A stretch of DNA of 64,000 nucleotides from Eledone cirrhosa. Taxonomy: Eukaryota. The notes under the pieces are model-generated. The model worked only from the letters and a program-made list of their open reading frames with translations. It was not told the origin of the DNA and made no database searches. This document shows positions 10,681 to 27,000 of the stretch, piece by piece. Position 1 is the stretch's first letter; each line of letters starts with the position of its first letter. A program made the translations under genes and the position numbers. Location: assembly GCA_964016885.1 (NCBI GenBank), contig OZ024740.1, positions 9,114,001 to 9,178,000 of the forward strand. The letters are read 5' to 3'.

Positions 10681-13600
10681 AGTTTCGATTGGTATATCAG
10701 TTTCTATTGGTATGTCAGTTTCTATTGGTATATCAGTTTCTATTGGTATGTCAGTTTCTATTGGTATATCAGTTTCTATTGGTATGTCAGTTTCGATTAG
10801 TATATCAGTTTCTATTGGTATGTCAGTTTCTATTGGTATGTCAGTTTCGATTGGCATATCAGATTCGACTGGTATATCACTTTCTATTTCTATATCAGTT
10901 TCTATTGGTATGTCAGTTTCAATTGGTATGTCAGTTTCTATTAGTATATCAGTTTCTATTTGTATGTCAGTCTCTATTGGTATATCAGTTTCGAATGGTA
11001 TGTCAGTTTCGATTGGTATATCTGTTTCGATTGGTATGTCAATTTCGATTGCTATGTCAGTTTCGATTGGTATGTCAGTTTCGATTGGTATATCAGTTTT
11101 GAATGGTAATTCAATCTCGATTGGTATGTCAGTTTCGATTGGTATATCAGTTTCGATTGGTATATCAGTTGCAATTGGTATGTTAGTTTCTATTGGTATG
11201 TCAGTTTCGATTAGTATATCAGTTTCTATTGCTATATCAGTTTCTATTTGTATATCAGTTTCGATTGGTATATCAGTTTCGATTAGTTTAGCAGTTTCCA
11301 TTGGCATGTCAGTTTTTATTGGTATATCAATTTCGATTGTTATATCAGTTTCAATTGGTATATCAGATTCGACTGGTATATCACTTTCTATTGGTATATC
11401 AGTTCGATTGGTATGTTAGTTTCTATTAGTATGTCAGTTTCTATTGGTATGTTAGTCCTCGATTTGTATGTCAGTTTCTATTGGTATATCAGTTTCGATT
11501 GGTATGTCAGTTTCAATTAGTATATCAGTTTCTATTGGTATGTCAGTTTCGATTATTATATCAGTTTCGATTGGTATATCAGTTTCTATTGCTATATCAG
11601 TTTCTATTGGTATGTCAGTTTCAATTGGTATGTCAGTTTCTATTGGTATATCAGTTTCGATTGGTATGTCAGTTTCTATTGGTATGTCAGTTTCTATTAG
11701 TATATCAGTTTCTATTGGTATGTCAGTCTCTATTGGTATATCAGTTTCGATTGGTATGTCAGTTTCGATTGGTATGTCAGTTTTGATTAGTATATCAGAT
11801 CCTATTGGTATGTCAGTTTCTATTGGTATATCAGTTTCGATTGGTATATCAGTTTCGATTGGTATGTCAATTTCGATTGGTATGTCAGTTTCGATTGGTA
11901 TATCAGATTTGATTGGTATGTCAGTTTCGATTGGTATGTCAGTTTCTATTGGTATGTCAGTTTCGATTAGTATATCAGTTTCTATTGGTATGTCAGTCTC
12001 TATTGGTATATCAGTTTCGATTGGTATGTCAGTTTTGATTGGTATGTCAGTTTCGATTGGTATGTCAGTTACTATTGGTATGTCAGTTTCGATTAGTATA
12101 TCAGTTTCTATTGGTATGTCAGTCTCTATTGGTATATCAGTTACGATCGGTATGTCAGTTTTGATTGGTATGTCAGTTTCTATTGGTATGTCAGTTTCGA
12201 TTAGTATATCAGTTTGTATTGGTATGTCAATCTCTATTGGTATATCAGTTTCTATTGGTATATCAGTTTCGATTAGTATGTCAGTTTCGATTAGTATATC
12301 AGTTTTGATTGGTATGTCAATTTCGATTAGTATATCAGTTTCTATTGGTATGTCACTTTCAATTGTTATGTCAGTTTCTATTAGTATATCAGTTTCGATT
12401 GGTATGTATGTTTCGATTGCTATGTCAGTTTCGATTGGTATGTCAGTTTCGATTGGTATATCAGTTTCGAATGCTATTTCAATCTCGATTGTTATGTCAG
12501 TTTCGATTGGTATATCAGTTTCTATTGGTATATCAGTTTCGATTGGTATGTCAGTTTCTATTGGTATATCAGTTTCGATTAGTATGTCAGTTTCGATTAG
12601 TATATCAGTTTTGATTGGTATGTCAATTTCGATTAGTATATCAGTTTCTATTGGTATGTCACTTTCAATTGTTATGTCAGTTTCTATTGGTATATCAGTT
12701 TCGATTGGTATGTCAGTTTCTATTGGTATATCAGTTGAGAATGGTATGTCAGTTTCTATTGGTATGTCACTTTCTATTGGTATGTCAGTTTCGATTTGTA
12801 TATCAGTTTCTATTGGTATGTCAGTCTCTATTGGTATATCAGTTTCTATTGGTATGTCAGTGTTGATTGGTATGTCAGTTTCGATTGGTATGTCAGTTAC
12901 TATTGGTATGTCAGTTTCGATTAGTATATCAGTTTTGATTGGTATGTCAATTTCGATTAGTATATCAGTTTCTATTGGTATGTCACTTTCAATTGTTATG
13001 TCAGTTTCTATTGGTATATCAGTTTCGATTGGTATGTCAGTTTCTATTGGTATATCAGTTTCGATTGGTATGTCAGTTTCTATTGGAATATCAGTTTCGA
13101 TTGGTATGTCAGTTTCGATTGGTGTGTCAGTTTCAATTAGTATATCAGTTTCTATTGGTATGTCAGTCTCTATTGGTATATCAGTTCCTATAGGTATGTC
13201 AGTTTCTATTGGTATATCAGTTTCGATTGGTATGTCAGTTTCTATTTGTATATCAGTTTCGATTGGTATATCAGTTTCGATTGGTATATCAGTTGTGATT
13301 GGTATGTTAGTTTCTATTGGTATGTCATTTTCGATTAGTATATCAGTTTCTATTGGTATGTCAGTTTCGATTGGTATATCAGTTTCGATTGGTATATCAC
13401 TTTATATTGCTATATCAGTTTCTATTGGTATGTCTGTTTCAATCGGTATGTCAGTTTCTATTGTTATATCAATTTCGATTGGTATGTCAGTCTCTATCGG
13501 TATATCAGTTTCGAATGGTATGTCAATTTCGATTGCTATGTCAGTTTCGATTGGTATGTCAGTTTCGATTAGTATATCAGTTTTGAATGGTATTTCAATC

Positions 13601-15059
13601 TCGATTGGTATGTCAGTTACGATTGGTATATCAGTTTCGATTGGTATATCAGTTGCGATTGGTATGTTAGTTTCTATTGGTATGTCAGTTTTGATTAGTA
13701 TATCAGTTTCTATTGGTATGTCAGTTTCTATTGGTATGTCAGTTGCGATTATTATATCAGTTACTATTGGTATGTTATTGTCGATTGGTATGTCAGTTTC
13801 TATTGGTATGTCTGTTTCTATTAGTATATCAGTTTCTATTGGTATGTCAGTCTCTATTGGTACATCCGTTTCGATTAGTATGTCAGTTTCGATTGGTATG
13901 TCAGTTTCGATCGGTATGTCAGTATTGATTGGTATATCAGTTTCTATTGGTATATCAGTTTCGATTGGTATGTCAGTCTCTATTGGTATGTCAGTTTCGA
14001 TTAGTATATCAGTTTCTATTGGTATGTCAGTCTCTATTGGTATATCCGTTTCGATTGGTATGTCAGTTTCGATTGGTATGTCAGTTTCGATTGGTATATC
14101 AGTTTCTATTGGTTTATCAGTTTTGATTTGTATGTCAGTTTATATTGGTATGTCAGTTTCGATTAGTATATTAGTTTCTATTGGTTTGTCAGTCTCCATT
14201 GGTATATCAGTTTCGATTGGTATGTCAGTTTCGATTAGTATATCAGTTCATATAGGTTTAGCAGTTTCGATTGGTGTATCAGTTTCTATTGGTATATCAG
14301 TTTTGATTGGTATGTCAGTTTCTATTGGTATGTCAGTTTCTATTATTATATCAGTTTCTCTTTGTATGTCAGTCTCTATTGGTATATCAGTTTCGATTGG
14401 TATGTCAGTTTCGATTGGTATATGAGTTTCGATTGGTATGTCAGTTTCGATTGGTATATCAGTTTCTATTGGTATATCAGTTTCGATTGGTATGTTATTT
14501 TCTATTGGTATGTCAGTTTCTATTGGTATGTCAGTTTCGATTAGTATATCATTTTCGATTGGTATATCAGTTTCTTTTGGTATGTTAGTCCTCGATTTGT
14601 ATGTCAGTTTCTATTGGTAGATCAGTTTGATTGGTATGTCAGTTTCAATTAGTATATAAGTTTCTATTGGTATCTCAGTTTCTATTGGTATGTCAGTTTC
14701 TGTTAGTATATTAGTTTCAATTGGTATGTCAGTCTCTATTGGTATATCAGTTTCTATTGGTTTATCAGTTTTGATTTGTATGTCAGTTTCGATTTGTATG
14801 TCAGTTTCTATTGGTTTGTCAGTCTCCATTGTTATATCAGTTTCGATTAGTATGTCAGTTTCAATTAGTATATCAGTTCATATAGGTATGTCAGTTTCGA
14901 TTGGTATGTCATTTTAGATTGGTATATCAGTTTCTATTGGTATATCAGTTTCGATTGGTATGTCAGTCTCTATTTGTATGTCTGTTTCGATTAGTATATC
15001 ACTTTCTATTGCTTTATCAGTTTCTATTGGTATAGCAGTTTCGATTAGTATGTCAGTTT

Positions 15060-18000
15060 CTATTGGTATGTCAGTTTCGATTGGTATATCAGTTTCGATA
15101 TGTATGTCAGTTTAGATTGGTATATCAGTTTCTATTGGTATATCAGTTTCGATAGGTATATCCGTTTCGATTGGTAAGTCAATTTCGATTGGTATGTCAG
15201 TTTCGATTGGTATGTCAGTTTCTATTATTATATCAGTTTCTCTTTGTATGTCAGTCTCTATTGGTATATCAGTTTTGATTGGTATGTCAGTTTCGATTGG
15301 TATATGAGTTTCGATTGGTATGTCAGTTTCGATTGGTATATCAGTTTCTATTGGTATATCAGTTTCGATTGGTATGTTAGTTTCGATTGGTATGTCAGTT
15401 TCTATTCGTATGTCAGTTTCGATTAGTATATCAGTTTCGATTGGTATATCAGTTTCTTTTGGTATGTTAGTTCTCGATTTGTATGTCAGTTTGTATTGGT
15501 AGATCAGTTTCGATTGGTATGTTAGTTTCAATTAATATATAAGTTTCTATTGGTATGTCAGTTTCTATTGGTATATCAGTTTCGATTGGCATATCACTTT
15601 CGATTGGTATGTCAGTTTCGATTGGTATGTCAGTATCGATTGGTATATCAGTTTCTATTGGTATATCAGTTTCGATTGGTATATCAGTTTCTATTGGTAT
15701 GTCAGTTTCTATTAGTATATGAGTTACTATTGGTATGTCAGTCTCTATTGGTATATCAGTTTCGATTGATATATCAGATTCGACTGGTATATCACTTTCT
15801 ATTGACATATCAGTTTCTATTGGTATGTCAGTTTCTATTGGTATATCAGTTTCGATTGGTATGTCAATTTCGATTGGTATGTCAGTTTCTATTAGTATAT
15901 CAGTTTCTATTGCTATGTGAGTCTCTATTGGTATATCAGTTTCGATTGGTATGTCAGTTTCGATTGGTATATCAGTTTCGATTAGTATGTCAATTTCGAT
16001 TGGTATGTCAGTTTCGATTGGTATATCAGATTCGACTGGTATATCACTTTCTATTGCTATATCAGTTTCTATTGGTATGTCAGTTTCGATTGCTATATCA
16101 GTTTCGATCGGTATGTCAGTTTTGATTGGTATATCAGTTTCTATTGGTATATCAGTTTCGATTGGTATTTCAGTTTCGATTGGTGTGTCAATTTCGACTA
16201 GTATGTCAGTTTCGATTGGTATATTAGATTCGACTGGTATATCACTTTCTATTGCTATATCAGTTTCTATTGGTATGTCAGATTCTATTGGTATATCAGT
16301 CTCGATTGGTATGTCAGTTTCTATTGGTATGTCAGTTTCTATGACTATATCAGTTTCTCTTCGTTTGTCAGTCTCTATTGGTATATCAGTTTCGATTGGT
16401 ATGTCAGTTTCGATTGGTATGTCAGTTTCGATTGGTATATCAGTTTCGATTGGTATATCAGTTTCTATTGCTACATGAATTTCTATTGGTATAAAAGTTT
16501 TGATTGGTATGTCAGTTTCTATTGCTATATCAGTTGCGATTGGTATGTCAGTTTCTATTGGTATGTCAGTTGCGATTATTATATCAGTTACTATTGGTAT
16601 GTTAGTTTCGATTGGTATGTCAGTTTTGATTTTTATGTCAGTTTCTATTGGTATATCAGTTTCGATTGGTATGTCAGTTTCTATTGGTATGTCAGTTTCG
16701 ATTGGTATATCAGTTTCGATTGGTATGTCAGTTTTGATTGGTATATCAGTTTCTATTCGTATGTCAGTTTCGATTGGAATTTCAGTTTCTATTGGTATGA
16801 CAGTTTCGATTAGTATATCACTTTCTCTTGCTATATCAGTTTCTATTGCTATGTCAGTTTCAATTGTTATGTCAGTTTCTATTGGTATATCAGTTTCGAT
16901 TGGTATGTCAGTTTCTATTGGTATGTCAGTTTCGATTGGTATATCAGTTTCGATTGGTATGTCAGTTTTGATTGGTATATCAGTTTCTATTGGTATATCA
17001 GTTTCTATTGGTATATCAGTTTCGATTGGTATGTCAGTTTCTATTGGTATGTGAGTTTCTATTGGTATATCAGTTTCGATTGGTATGTCAGTTTCTATTA
17101 GTATATCAGTTTCGATTGGTATGTCAGTCTCGATTGGTATGTCAGTTTTGATTGGTCTATCAATTTTGAATGGTACTTCAATCGCGATTAGTATGTCAGT
17201 TTCTCTTGGTATATCAGTTTTGATTGGTATGTCATTTTCGATTGGTATATCAGTTACTATTGGTATATCAGTTTCGATTAGTATATAATTTTATATTGGT
17301 ATGTCAGTTTCCATTTGTATGTCAGTTTCGAGTGGTATGTTAGTCCTCGATTTGTATGTCTGTTTCTATTGGTATATCAGTTTCGATTGGTATGTCAGTT
17401 TCAATTAGTATATCAGTTTCTATTGGTATGTCAGTTTCTATTGGTATATCAGTTCCTATAGATATGTCAGTTTCTATTGGTATATCAGTTTCGATTGGTA
17501 TGTCAGTTTCTATTGGTATATCAGTTTCGATTCGTATGTCAGTTTCGATTAGTATATCAGTTTCTATTGGTATGTCAGTCTCTATTGGTATATCAGTTTC
17601 GATTGGTATATCAGATTCAACTGGTATATCACTTTCTATTGCTATATCAGTTTCTATTGGTATGTCACTTTCTATTGGTATATCAGTTTCGATTGGTATG
17701 TCAATTTCTATTGGTATGTCAGTTTCTATTAGTATATAAGTTTCTATTGCTATGTGAGTCTCTATTGGTATATCAGTTTCGATTGGTATGTCAGTTTCGA
17801 TTGGTATATCAGTTTCGATTGGTATGTCAGTTTCGATTGGAATTTCAATTTCTATTGGTATGTCAGTTTCGATTAGTATATCACTTTCTATTGGTATGTC
17901 AGTTTCAATTGTTATGTCAGTTTCTATTGGTATATCAGTTTCGATTGGTATGTCAGTTTCTATTGGTATGTCAGTTTCGATTGGTATATCAGTTTCGATT

Positions 18001-21000
18001 GGTATGTCAGTTTTGATTGGTATATCAGTTTCTATTGATATATCAGTTTCGATTGGTATATCAGCTTCGATTTGTATGTCAATTTCGATTGGTATGTCAG
18101 TTTCGATTGGTATATCAGATTCGACTGGTATATCACTTTCTATTGCTATATCAGTTTCTATTGGTATGTCAGTTTCTATTGGTATATCACTTTCGATTGG
18201 TATGTCAGTTTCTATTGGTATGTCAGTTTCTATTAGTATATCAATTTCTCTTCGTATGACAGTCTCTATTGGTATATCAGTTTCGATTGGTATGTCAGTT
18301 TCGATTGGTATGTCAGTTTCGATTGGTATATCAATTTCGATTGGTATATCAGTTTCTATTGCTATATGAATTTCTATTGGTATAAAAGTTTTGATTGGTA
18401 TGTCAGTTTCTATTGCTATATCAGTTGCGATTGGTATGTCAGTTTCTATTAGTATGTCAGTTGCGATTATTATATCAGTTACTATTGGTATGTTAGTTTC
18501 GATTGGTCTGTCAGTTTCGATTTTTATGTCAGTTTCTATTGGTATATCAGTTTCGATTGGTATGTCAGTTTTGATTGGTATATCAGTTTCTATTGGTATG
18601 TCATTTTCGATTGGAATTTCAGTTTCTATTGGTATGTTAGTTTCGATTAGTATATCACTTTCTATTGCTATATCAGTTTCTATTGGTATGTCAGTTTCAA
18701 TTGTTATGTCAGTTTCTATTGGTATGTCAGTTTTGATTGGTATATCAGTTTCGATTGGTATATCAGTTTCGATTGGTATGTCAGTTTCTATTGGTATGTC
18801 AGTTTCGATTAGTATATCAGTTTCGATTGGTATATCAGTTTCTTTTGGTATGTTAGTCCTCGATTTGTATGTCAGTTTCTATTGGTAGATCAGTTTCGAT
18901 TGGTATGTCAGTTTCAATTAGTATATAAGTTTCTATTGGTATGTCAGTTTTTATTAGTATATCAGTTTCGATTGGCATATCAGTTTCGATTGGTATGTCA
19001 GTTTCGATTGGTATGTCAGTTTCGATTGGTATGTCAGTTTCTATTGGTATGTCAGTTGCAATTATTATATCAGTTACTATTGGTATGTTATTTTCGATTG
19101 GTATGTCAGTTTCTATTGGTATGTCTGTTTCTATTAGTATATCAGTTTCTATTGGTATGTCAGTATCTATTGGCATATCCGTTTCGATTGGTATGTCAGT
19201 TTCGATTGGTATGTCAGTTTCGATCGGTATGTCAGTATTGATTGGTATATCAGTTTCTATTGGTATATCAGTTTCGATTGGTATGTCAGTCTCTATTGGT
19301 ATGTCAGTTTCGATTAGTATATCAGTTTCTATTGGTATGTCAGTCTCTATTGGTATATCCGTTTCGATTGGTATGTCAGTTTCGATTGGTATGTCAGTTT
19401 CGATTGGTATATCAGTTTCTATTGGTTTATTAGTTTTGATTGGTATGTCAGTTTCGATTTGTATGTAAGTTTATATTGGTATGTCAGTTTCGATTCGTAT
19501 ATTAGTTTCTATTGGTTTGTCAGTCTCCATTGGTATATCAGTTTCGATTGGTATGTCAGTTTCGATTAGTATATCAGTTCATATAGGTTTATCAGTTTCG
19601 ATTGGTATATCAGTTTCTATTGGTATATCAGTTTTCATTGGTATGTCAGTTTCTATTATTATATCAGTTTCTCTTTGTATGTCAGTCTCTATTGGTATAT
19701 CAGTTTCGATTGGTATGTCAGTTTCGATTGGTATATGAGTTTCGATTGGTATGTCAGTTTCGATTGGTATATCAGTTTCGATTAGTATATCATTTTCGAT
19801 TGGTATATCAGTTTCTTTTGGTATGTTAGTCCTCGATTTGTATGTCAGTTTCTATTGGTAGATCAGTTTGATTGGTATCTCAGTTTTAATTAGTATATAA
19901 GTTTCTATTGGTATGTCAGTTTCTATTGGTATGTCAGTTTCTGTTAGTATATCAGTTTCAATTGGTATGTCAGTCTCTATTGTTATATCCGTTTCGATTG
20001 GTATGTCAGTTTCGATTGGTATGTCAGTTTCGATTGGTATATCAGTTTCTATTGGTTTATCAGTTTTGATTGGTATGTCAGTTTCGATTTGTATGTCAGT
20101 TTCTATTGGTTTGTCAGTCTCCATTGTTATATCAGTTTCGATTGGTATGTCAGTTTCTATTAGTATATCAGTTCATATAGGTATGTCAGTTTCGATTGGT
20201 TTATCAGTTTCGATTGCTATGTCAGTTTAGATTGGTATATCAGTTTCTATTGGTATATCAGTTTCGATTGGTATGTCAGTTTTGATTGTAATTTCAGTTT
20301 CTATTGGTATGTCTGTTTCGATTAGTATATCACTTTCTATTTCTATATCAGTTTCTATTGGTATATCAGTTTCTATTGGTATGTCAGTTTCTATTGGTAT
20401 ATAAGTTTCGATTGGTATGTCAGTTTCTATTGGTATGTCAGTTTCGATTGGTATGTCAGTTTCGATTGGTATATCAGATTCGACTGGTATATCACTTTCT
20501 ATTGCTATATCAGTTGCAATTGGTATATCAGTTTCTATTGGTATTTCAGTTTCGATTGGTATGTCAGTTTCTATTGGTATGTCAGTGTCTATTGGTATAT
20601 CAGTTTCTATTGGTATATCAGTTTCGATTGGTATGTCAGTTTCTATTGGTATGTCAGTTTCTATTAGTATATCAGTTTCTATTGGTATGTCAGTCTCTAT
20701 TGTTATATCCATTTCGATTGGTATGTCAGTTTCTATTGGTATATCAGTTTCGATTGGTATGTCAGTTTTGATTGGTATATCAGTTTCTATTGGTATATCA
20801 GTTTCGATTGGTATGTAAGTTTCGATTTGTATGTCAGTTTCTATTGGTATGTCAGTTTCGATTAGTATATCACTTTCTATTGGTTTGTCAGTCTCCATTG
20901 GTATATCAGTTTCGATTGGTATGTCAGTTTCGATTGGTATATCAGTTTCGATTGGTATGTCACTTTCGATCGGTATATCAGTTTCTATTTGTATATCAGT

Positions 21001-24000
21001 TTCGATTGGTATGTCAGTCTGTATTGGTATGTCAGTTTCGATTAGTATATCAGTTTCTATTGGTATGTCAGTCTCTCTTGGTATGTCAGTTTCGATTAGT
21101 ATATCAGTTTCTATTGGTATATCAGTTTCGATTGGTATGTCAGTTTCTATTGGTATGTCAGATTCTATTGGTATATCAGTTTTGATTGGTATGTCAGTTT
21201 CGATTAGTACATCAGTTTCTATTGGTATATCAGTTTCGATTGGTATGTCACTTTCGATTGTTATGTCAGTTTCTATTGGTATGTCAGTTTCGATTGGTAT
21301 ATCAGTTTCGATTAGTATGTCAGTTTCTATTGGTATATCGGTTTCCATTGGTAGATCAGTTTCGATTGGTATGTCAGTTTCGATTGGTATATCAGTTTCG
21401 ATATGTATGTCAGTTTAGATTGGTATATCAGTTTCTATTGGTATATCAGTTTCGATAGGTATATCCGTTTCGATTGGTAAGTCAATTTCGATTGGTATGT
21501 CAGTTTCGATTGGTATGTCAGTTTCTATTATTATATCAGTTTCTCTATGTATGTCAGTCTCTATTGGTATATCAGTTTTGATTGGTATGTCAGTTTCGAT
21601 TGGTATATGAGTTTCGATTGGTATGTCAGTTTCGATTGGTATATCAGTTTCTATTGGTATATCAGTTTCGATTGGTATGTTAGTTTCGATTGGTATGTCA
21701 GTTTCTATTCGTATGTCAGTTTCGATTAGTATATCAGTTTCGATTGGTATATCAGTTTCTTTTGGTATGTTAGTTCTCGATTTGTATGTCAGTTTGTATT
21801 GGTAGATCAGTTTCGATTGGTATGTTAGTTTCAATTAATATATAAGTTTCTATTGGTATGTCAGTTTCTATTGGTATATCAGTTTCGATTGGCATATCAC
21901 TTTCGATTGGTATGTCAGTTTCGATTGGTATGTCAGTATCGATTGGTATATCAGTTTCTATTGGTATATCAGTTTCGATTGGTATATCAGTTTCTATTGG
22001 TATGTCAGTTTCTATTAGTATATGAGTTACTATTGGTATGTCAGTCTCTATTGGTATATCAGTTTCGATTGATATATCAGATTCGACTGGTATATCACTT
22101 TCTATTGACATATCAGTTTCTATTGGTATGTCAGTTTCTATTGGTATATCAGTTTCGATTGGTATGTCAATTTCGATTGGTATGTCAGTTTCTATTAGTA
22201 TATCAGTTTCTATTGCTATGTGAGTCTCTATTGGTATATCAGTTTCGATTGGTATGTCAGTTTCGATTGGTATATCAGTTTCGATTAGTATGTCAATTTC
22301 GATTGGTATGTCAGTTTCGATTGGTATATCAGATTCGACTGGTATATCACTTTCTATTGCTATATCAGTTTCTATTGGTATGTCAGTTTCGATTGCTATA
22401 TCAGTTTCGATCGGTATGTCAGTTTTGATTGGTATATCAGTTTCTATTGGTATATCAGTTTCGATTGGTATTTCAGTTTCGATTGGTGTGTCAATTTCGA
22501 CTAGTATGTCAGTTTCGATTGGTATATTAGATTCGACTGGTATATCACTTTCTATTGCTATATCAGTTTCTATTGGTATGTCAGATTCTATTGGTATATC
22601 AGTCTCGATTGGTATGTCAGTTTCTATTGGTATGTCAGTTTCTATGACTATATCAGTTTCTCTTCGTTTGTCAGTCTCTATTGGTATATCAGTTTCGATT
22701 GGTATGTCAGTTTCGATTGGTATGTCAGTTTCGATTGGTATATCAGTTTCGATTGGTATATCAGTTTCTATTGCTACATGAATTTCTATTGGTATAAAAG
22801 TTTTGATTGGTATGTCAGTTTCTATTGCTATATCAGTTGCGATTGGTATGTCAGTTTCTATTGGTATGTCAGTTGCGATTATTATATCAGTTACTATTGG
22901 TATGTTAGTTTCGATTGGTATGTCAGTTTTGATTTTTATGTCAGTTTCTATTGGTATATCAGTTTCGATTGGTATGTCAGTTTCTATTGGTATGTCAGTT
23001 TCGATTGGTATATCAGTTTCGATTGGTATGTCAGTTTTGATTGGTATATCAGTTTCTATTCGTATGTCAGTTTCGATTGGAATTTCAGTTTCTATTGGTA
23101 TGACAGTTTCGATTAGTATATCACTTTCTCTTGCTATATCAGTTTCTATTGCTATGTCAGTTTCAATTGTTATGTCAGTTTCTATTGGTATATCAGTTTC
23201 GATTGGTATGTCAGTTTCTATTGGTATGTCAGTTTCGATTGGTATATCAGTTTCGATTGGTATGTCAGTTTTGATTGGTATATCAGTTTCTATTGGTATA
23301 TCAGTTTCTATTGGTATATCAGTTTCGATTGGTATGTCAGTTTCTATTGGTATGTGAGTTTCTATTGGTATATCAGTTTCGATTGGTATGTCAGTTTCTA
23401 TTAGTATATCAGTTTCGATTGGTATGTCAGTCTCGATTGGTATGTCAGTTTTGATTGGTCTATCAATTTTGAATGGTACTTCAATCGCGATTAGTATGTC
23501 AGTTTCTCTTGGTATATCAGTTTTGATTGGTATGTCATTTTCGATTGGTATATCAGTTACTATTGGTATATCAGTTTCGATTAGTATATAATTTTATATT
23601 GGTATGTCAGTTTCCATTTGTATGTCAGTTTCGAGTGGTATGTTAGTCCTCGATTTGTATGTCTGTTTCTATTGGTATATCAGTTTCGATTGGTATGTCA
23701 GTTTCAATTAGTATATCAGTTTCTATTGGTATGTCAGTTTCTATTGGTATATCAGTTCCTATAGATATGTCAGTTTCTATTGGTATATCAGTTTCGATTG
23801 GTATGTCAGTTTCTATTGGTATATCAGTTTCGATTCGTATGTCAGTTTCGATTAGTATATCAGTTTCTATTGGTATGTCAGTCTCTATTGGTATATCAGT
23901 TTCGATTGGTATATCAGATTCGACTGGTATATCACTTTCTATTGCTATATCAGTTTCTATTGGTATGTCACTTTCTATTGGTATATCAGTTTCGATTGGT

Positions 24001-27000
24001 ATGTCAATTTCTATTGGTATGTCAGTTTCTATTAGTATATAAGTTTCTATTGCTATGTGAGTCTCTATTGGTATATCAGTTTCGATTGGTATGTCAGTTT
24101 CGATTGGTATATCAGTTTCGATTGGTATGTCAGTTTCGATTGGAATTTCAATTTCTATTGGTATGTCAGTTTCGATTAGTATATCACTTTCTATTGGTAT
24201 GTCAGTTTCAATTGTTATGTCAGTTTCTATTGGTATATCAGTTTCGATTGGTATGTCAGTTTCTATTGGTATGTCAGTTTCGATTGGTATATCAGTTTCG
24301 ATTGGTATGTCAGTTTTGATTGGTATATCAGTTTCTATTGATATATCAGTTTCGATTGGTATATCAGCTTCGATTTGTATGTCAATTTCGATTGGTATGT
24401 CAGTTTCGATTGGTATATCAGATTCGACTGGTATATCACTTTCTATTGCTATATCAGTTTCTATTGGTATGTCAGTTTCTATTGGTATATCACTTTCGAT
24501 TGGTATGTCAGTTTCTATTGGTATGTCAGTTTCTATTAGTATATCAATTTCTCTTCGTATGACAGTCTCTATTGGTATATCAGTTTCGATTGGTATGTCA
24601 GTTTCGATTGGTATGTCAGTTTCGATTGGTATATCAATTTCGATTGGTATATCAGTTTCTATTGCTATATGAATTTCTATTGGTATAAAAGTTTTGATTG
24701 GTATGTCAGTTTCTATTGCTATATCAGTTGCGATTGGTATGTCAGTTTCTATTAGTATGTCAGTTGCGATTATTATATCAGTTACTATTGGTATGTTAGT
24801 TTCGATTGGTCTGTCAGTTTCGATTTTTATGTCAGTTTCTATTGGTATATCAGTTTCGATTGGTATGTCAGTTTTGATTGGTATATCAGTTTCTATTGGT
24901 ATGTCATTTTCGATTGGAATTTCAGTTTCTATTGGTATGTTAGTTTCGATTAGTATATCACTTTCTATTGCTATATCAGTTTCTATTGGTATGTCAGTTT
25001 CAATTGTTATGTCAGTTTCTATTGGTATGTCAGTTTTGATTGGTATATCAGTTTCGATTGGTATATCAGTTTCGATTGGTATGTCAGTTTCTATTGGTAT
25101 GTCAGTTTCGATTAGTATATCAGTTTCGATTGGTATATCAGTTTCTTTTGGTATGTTAGTCCTCGATTTGTATGTCAGTTTCTATTGGTAGATCAGTTTC
25201 GATTGGTATGTCAGTTTCAATTAGTATATAAGTTTCTATTGGTATGTCAGTTTTTATTAGTATATCAGTTTCGATTGGCATATCAGTTTCGATTGGTATG
25301 TCAGTTTCGATTGGTATGTCAGTTTCGATTGGTATGTCAGTTTCTATTGGTATGTCAGTTGCAATTATTATATCAGTTACTATTGGTATGTTATTTTCGA
25401 TTGGTATGTCAGTTTCTATTGGTATGTCTGTTTCTATTAGTATATCAGTTTCTATTGGTATGTCAGTATCTATTGGCATATCCGTTTCGATTGGTATGTC
25501 AGTTTCGATTGGTATGTCAGTTTCGATCGGTATGTCAGTATTGATTGGTATATCAGTTTCTATTGGTATATCAGTTTCGATTGGTATGTCAGTCTCTATT
25601 GGTATGTCAGTTTCGATTAGTATATCAGTTTCTATTGGTATGTCAGTCTCTATTGGTATATCCGTTTCGATTGGTATGTCAGTTTCGATTGGTATGTCAG
25701 TTTCGATTGGTATATCAGTTTCTATTGGTTTATTAGTTTTGATTGGTATGTCAGTTTCGATTTGTATGTAAGTTTATATTGGTATGTCAGTTTCGATTCG
25801 TATATTAGTTTCTATTGGTTTGTCAGTCTCCATTGGTATATCAGTTTCGATTGGTATGTCAGTTTCGATTAGTATATCAGTTCATATAGGTTTATCAGTT
25901 TCGATTGGTATATCAGTTTCTATTGGTATATCAGTTTTCATTGGTATGTCAGTTTCTATTATTATATCAGTTTCTCTTTGTATGTCAGTCTCTATTGGTA
26001 TATCAGTTTCGATTGGTATGTCAGTTTCGATTGGTATATGAGTTTCGATTGGTATGTCAGTTTCGATTGGTATATCAGTTTCGATTAGTATATCATTTTC
26101 GATTGGTATATCAGTTTCTTTTGGTATGTTAGTCCTCGATTTGTATGTCAGTTTCTATTGGTAGATCAGTTTGATTGGTATCTCAGTTTCAATTAGTATA
26201 TAAGTTTCTATTGGTATGTCAGTTTCTATTGGTATGTCAGTTTCTGTTAGTATATCAGTTTCAATTGGTATGTCAGTCTCTATTGTTATATCCGTTTCGA
26301 TTGGTATGTCAGTTTCGATTGGTATGTCAGTTTCGATTGGTATATCAGTTTCTATTGGTTTATCAGTTTTGATTGGTATGTCAGTTTCGATTTGTATGTC
26401 AGTTTCTATTGGTTTGTCAGTCTCCATTGTTATATCAGTTTCGATTGGTATGTCAGTTTCTATTAGTATATCAGTTCATATAGGTATGTCAGTTTCGATT
26501 GGTTTATCAGTTTCGATTGCTATGTCAGTTTAGATTGGTATATCAGTTTCTATTGGTATATCAGTTTCGATTGGTATGTCAGTTTTGATTGTAATTTCAG
26601 TTTCTATTGGTATGTCTGTTTCGATTAGTATATCACTTTCTATTTCTATATCAGTTTCTATTGGTATATCAGTTTCTATTGGTATGTCAGTTTTTATTAG
26701 TATATCAGTTTCGATTGGCATATCAGTTTCGATTGGTATGTCAGTTTCGATTGGTATGTCAGTTTCTATTGGTATGTCAGTTGCAATTATTATATCAGTT
26801 ACTATTGGTATGTTATTTTCGATTGGTATGTCAGTTTCTATTGGTATGTCTGTTTCTATTAGTATATCAGTTTCTATTGGTATGTCAGTATCTATTGGCA
26901 TATCCGTTTCGATTGGTATGTCAGTTTCGATTGGTATGTCAGTTTCGATCGGTATGTCAGTATTGATTGGTATATCAGTTTCTATTGGTATATCAGTTTC

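Noticed and set aside
11468-14425. 985-aa (SVSIG[M/I])n ORF and the many similar repeat ORFs on both strands
   Set aside because: An 18-bp monomer with no stop in most frames gives long ORFs automatically; they have no unique termini and are broken by 17/19-bp monomers
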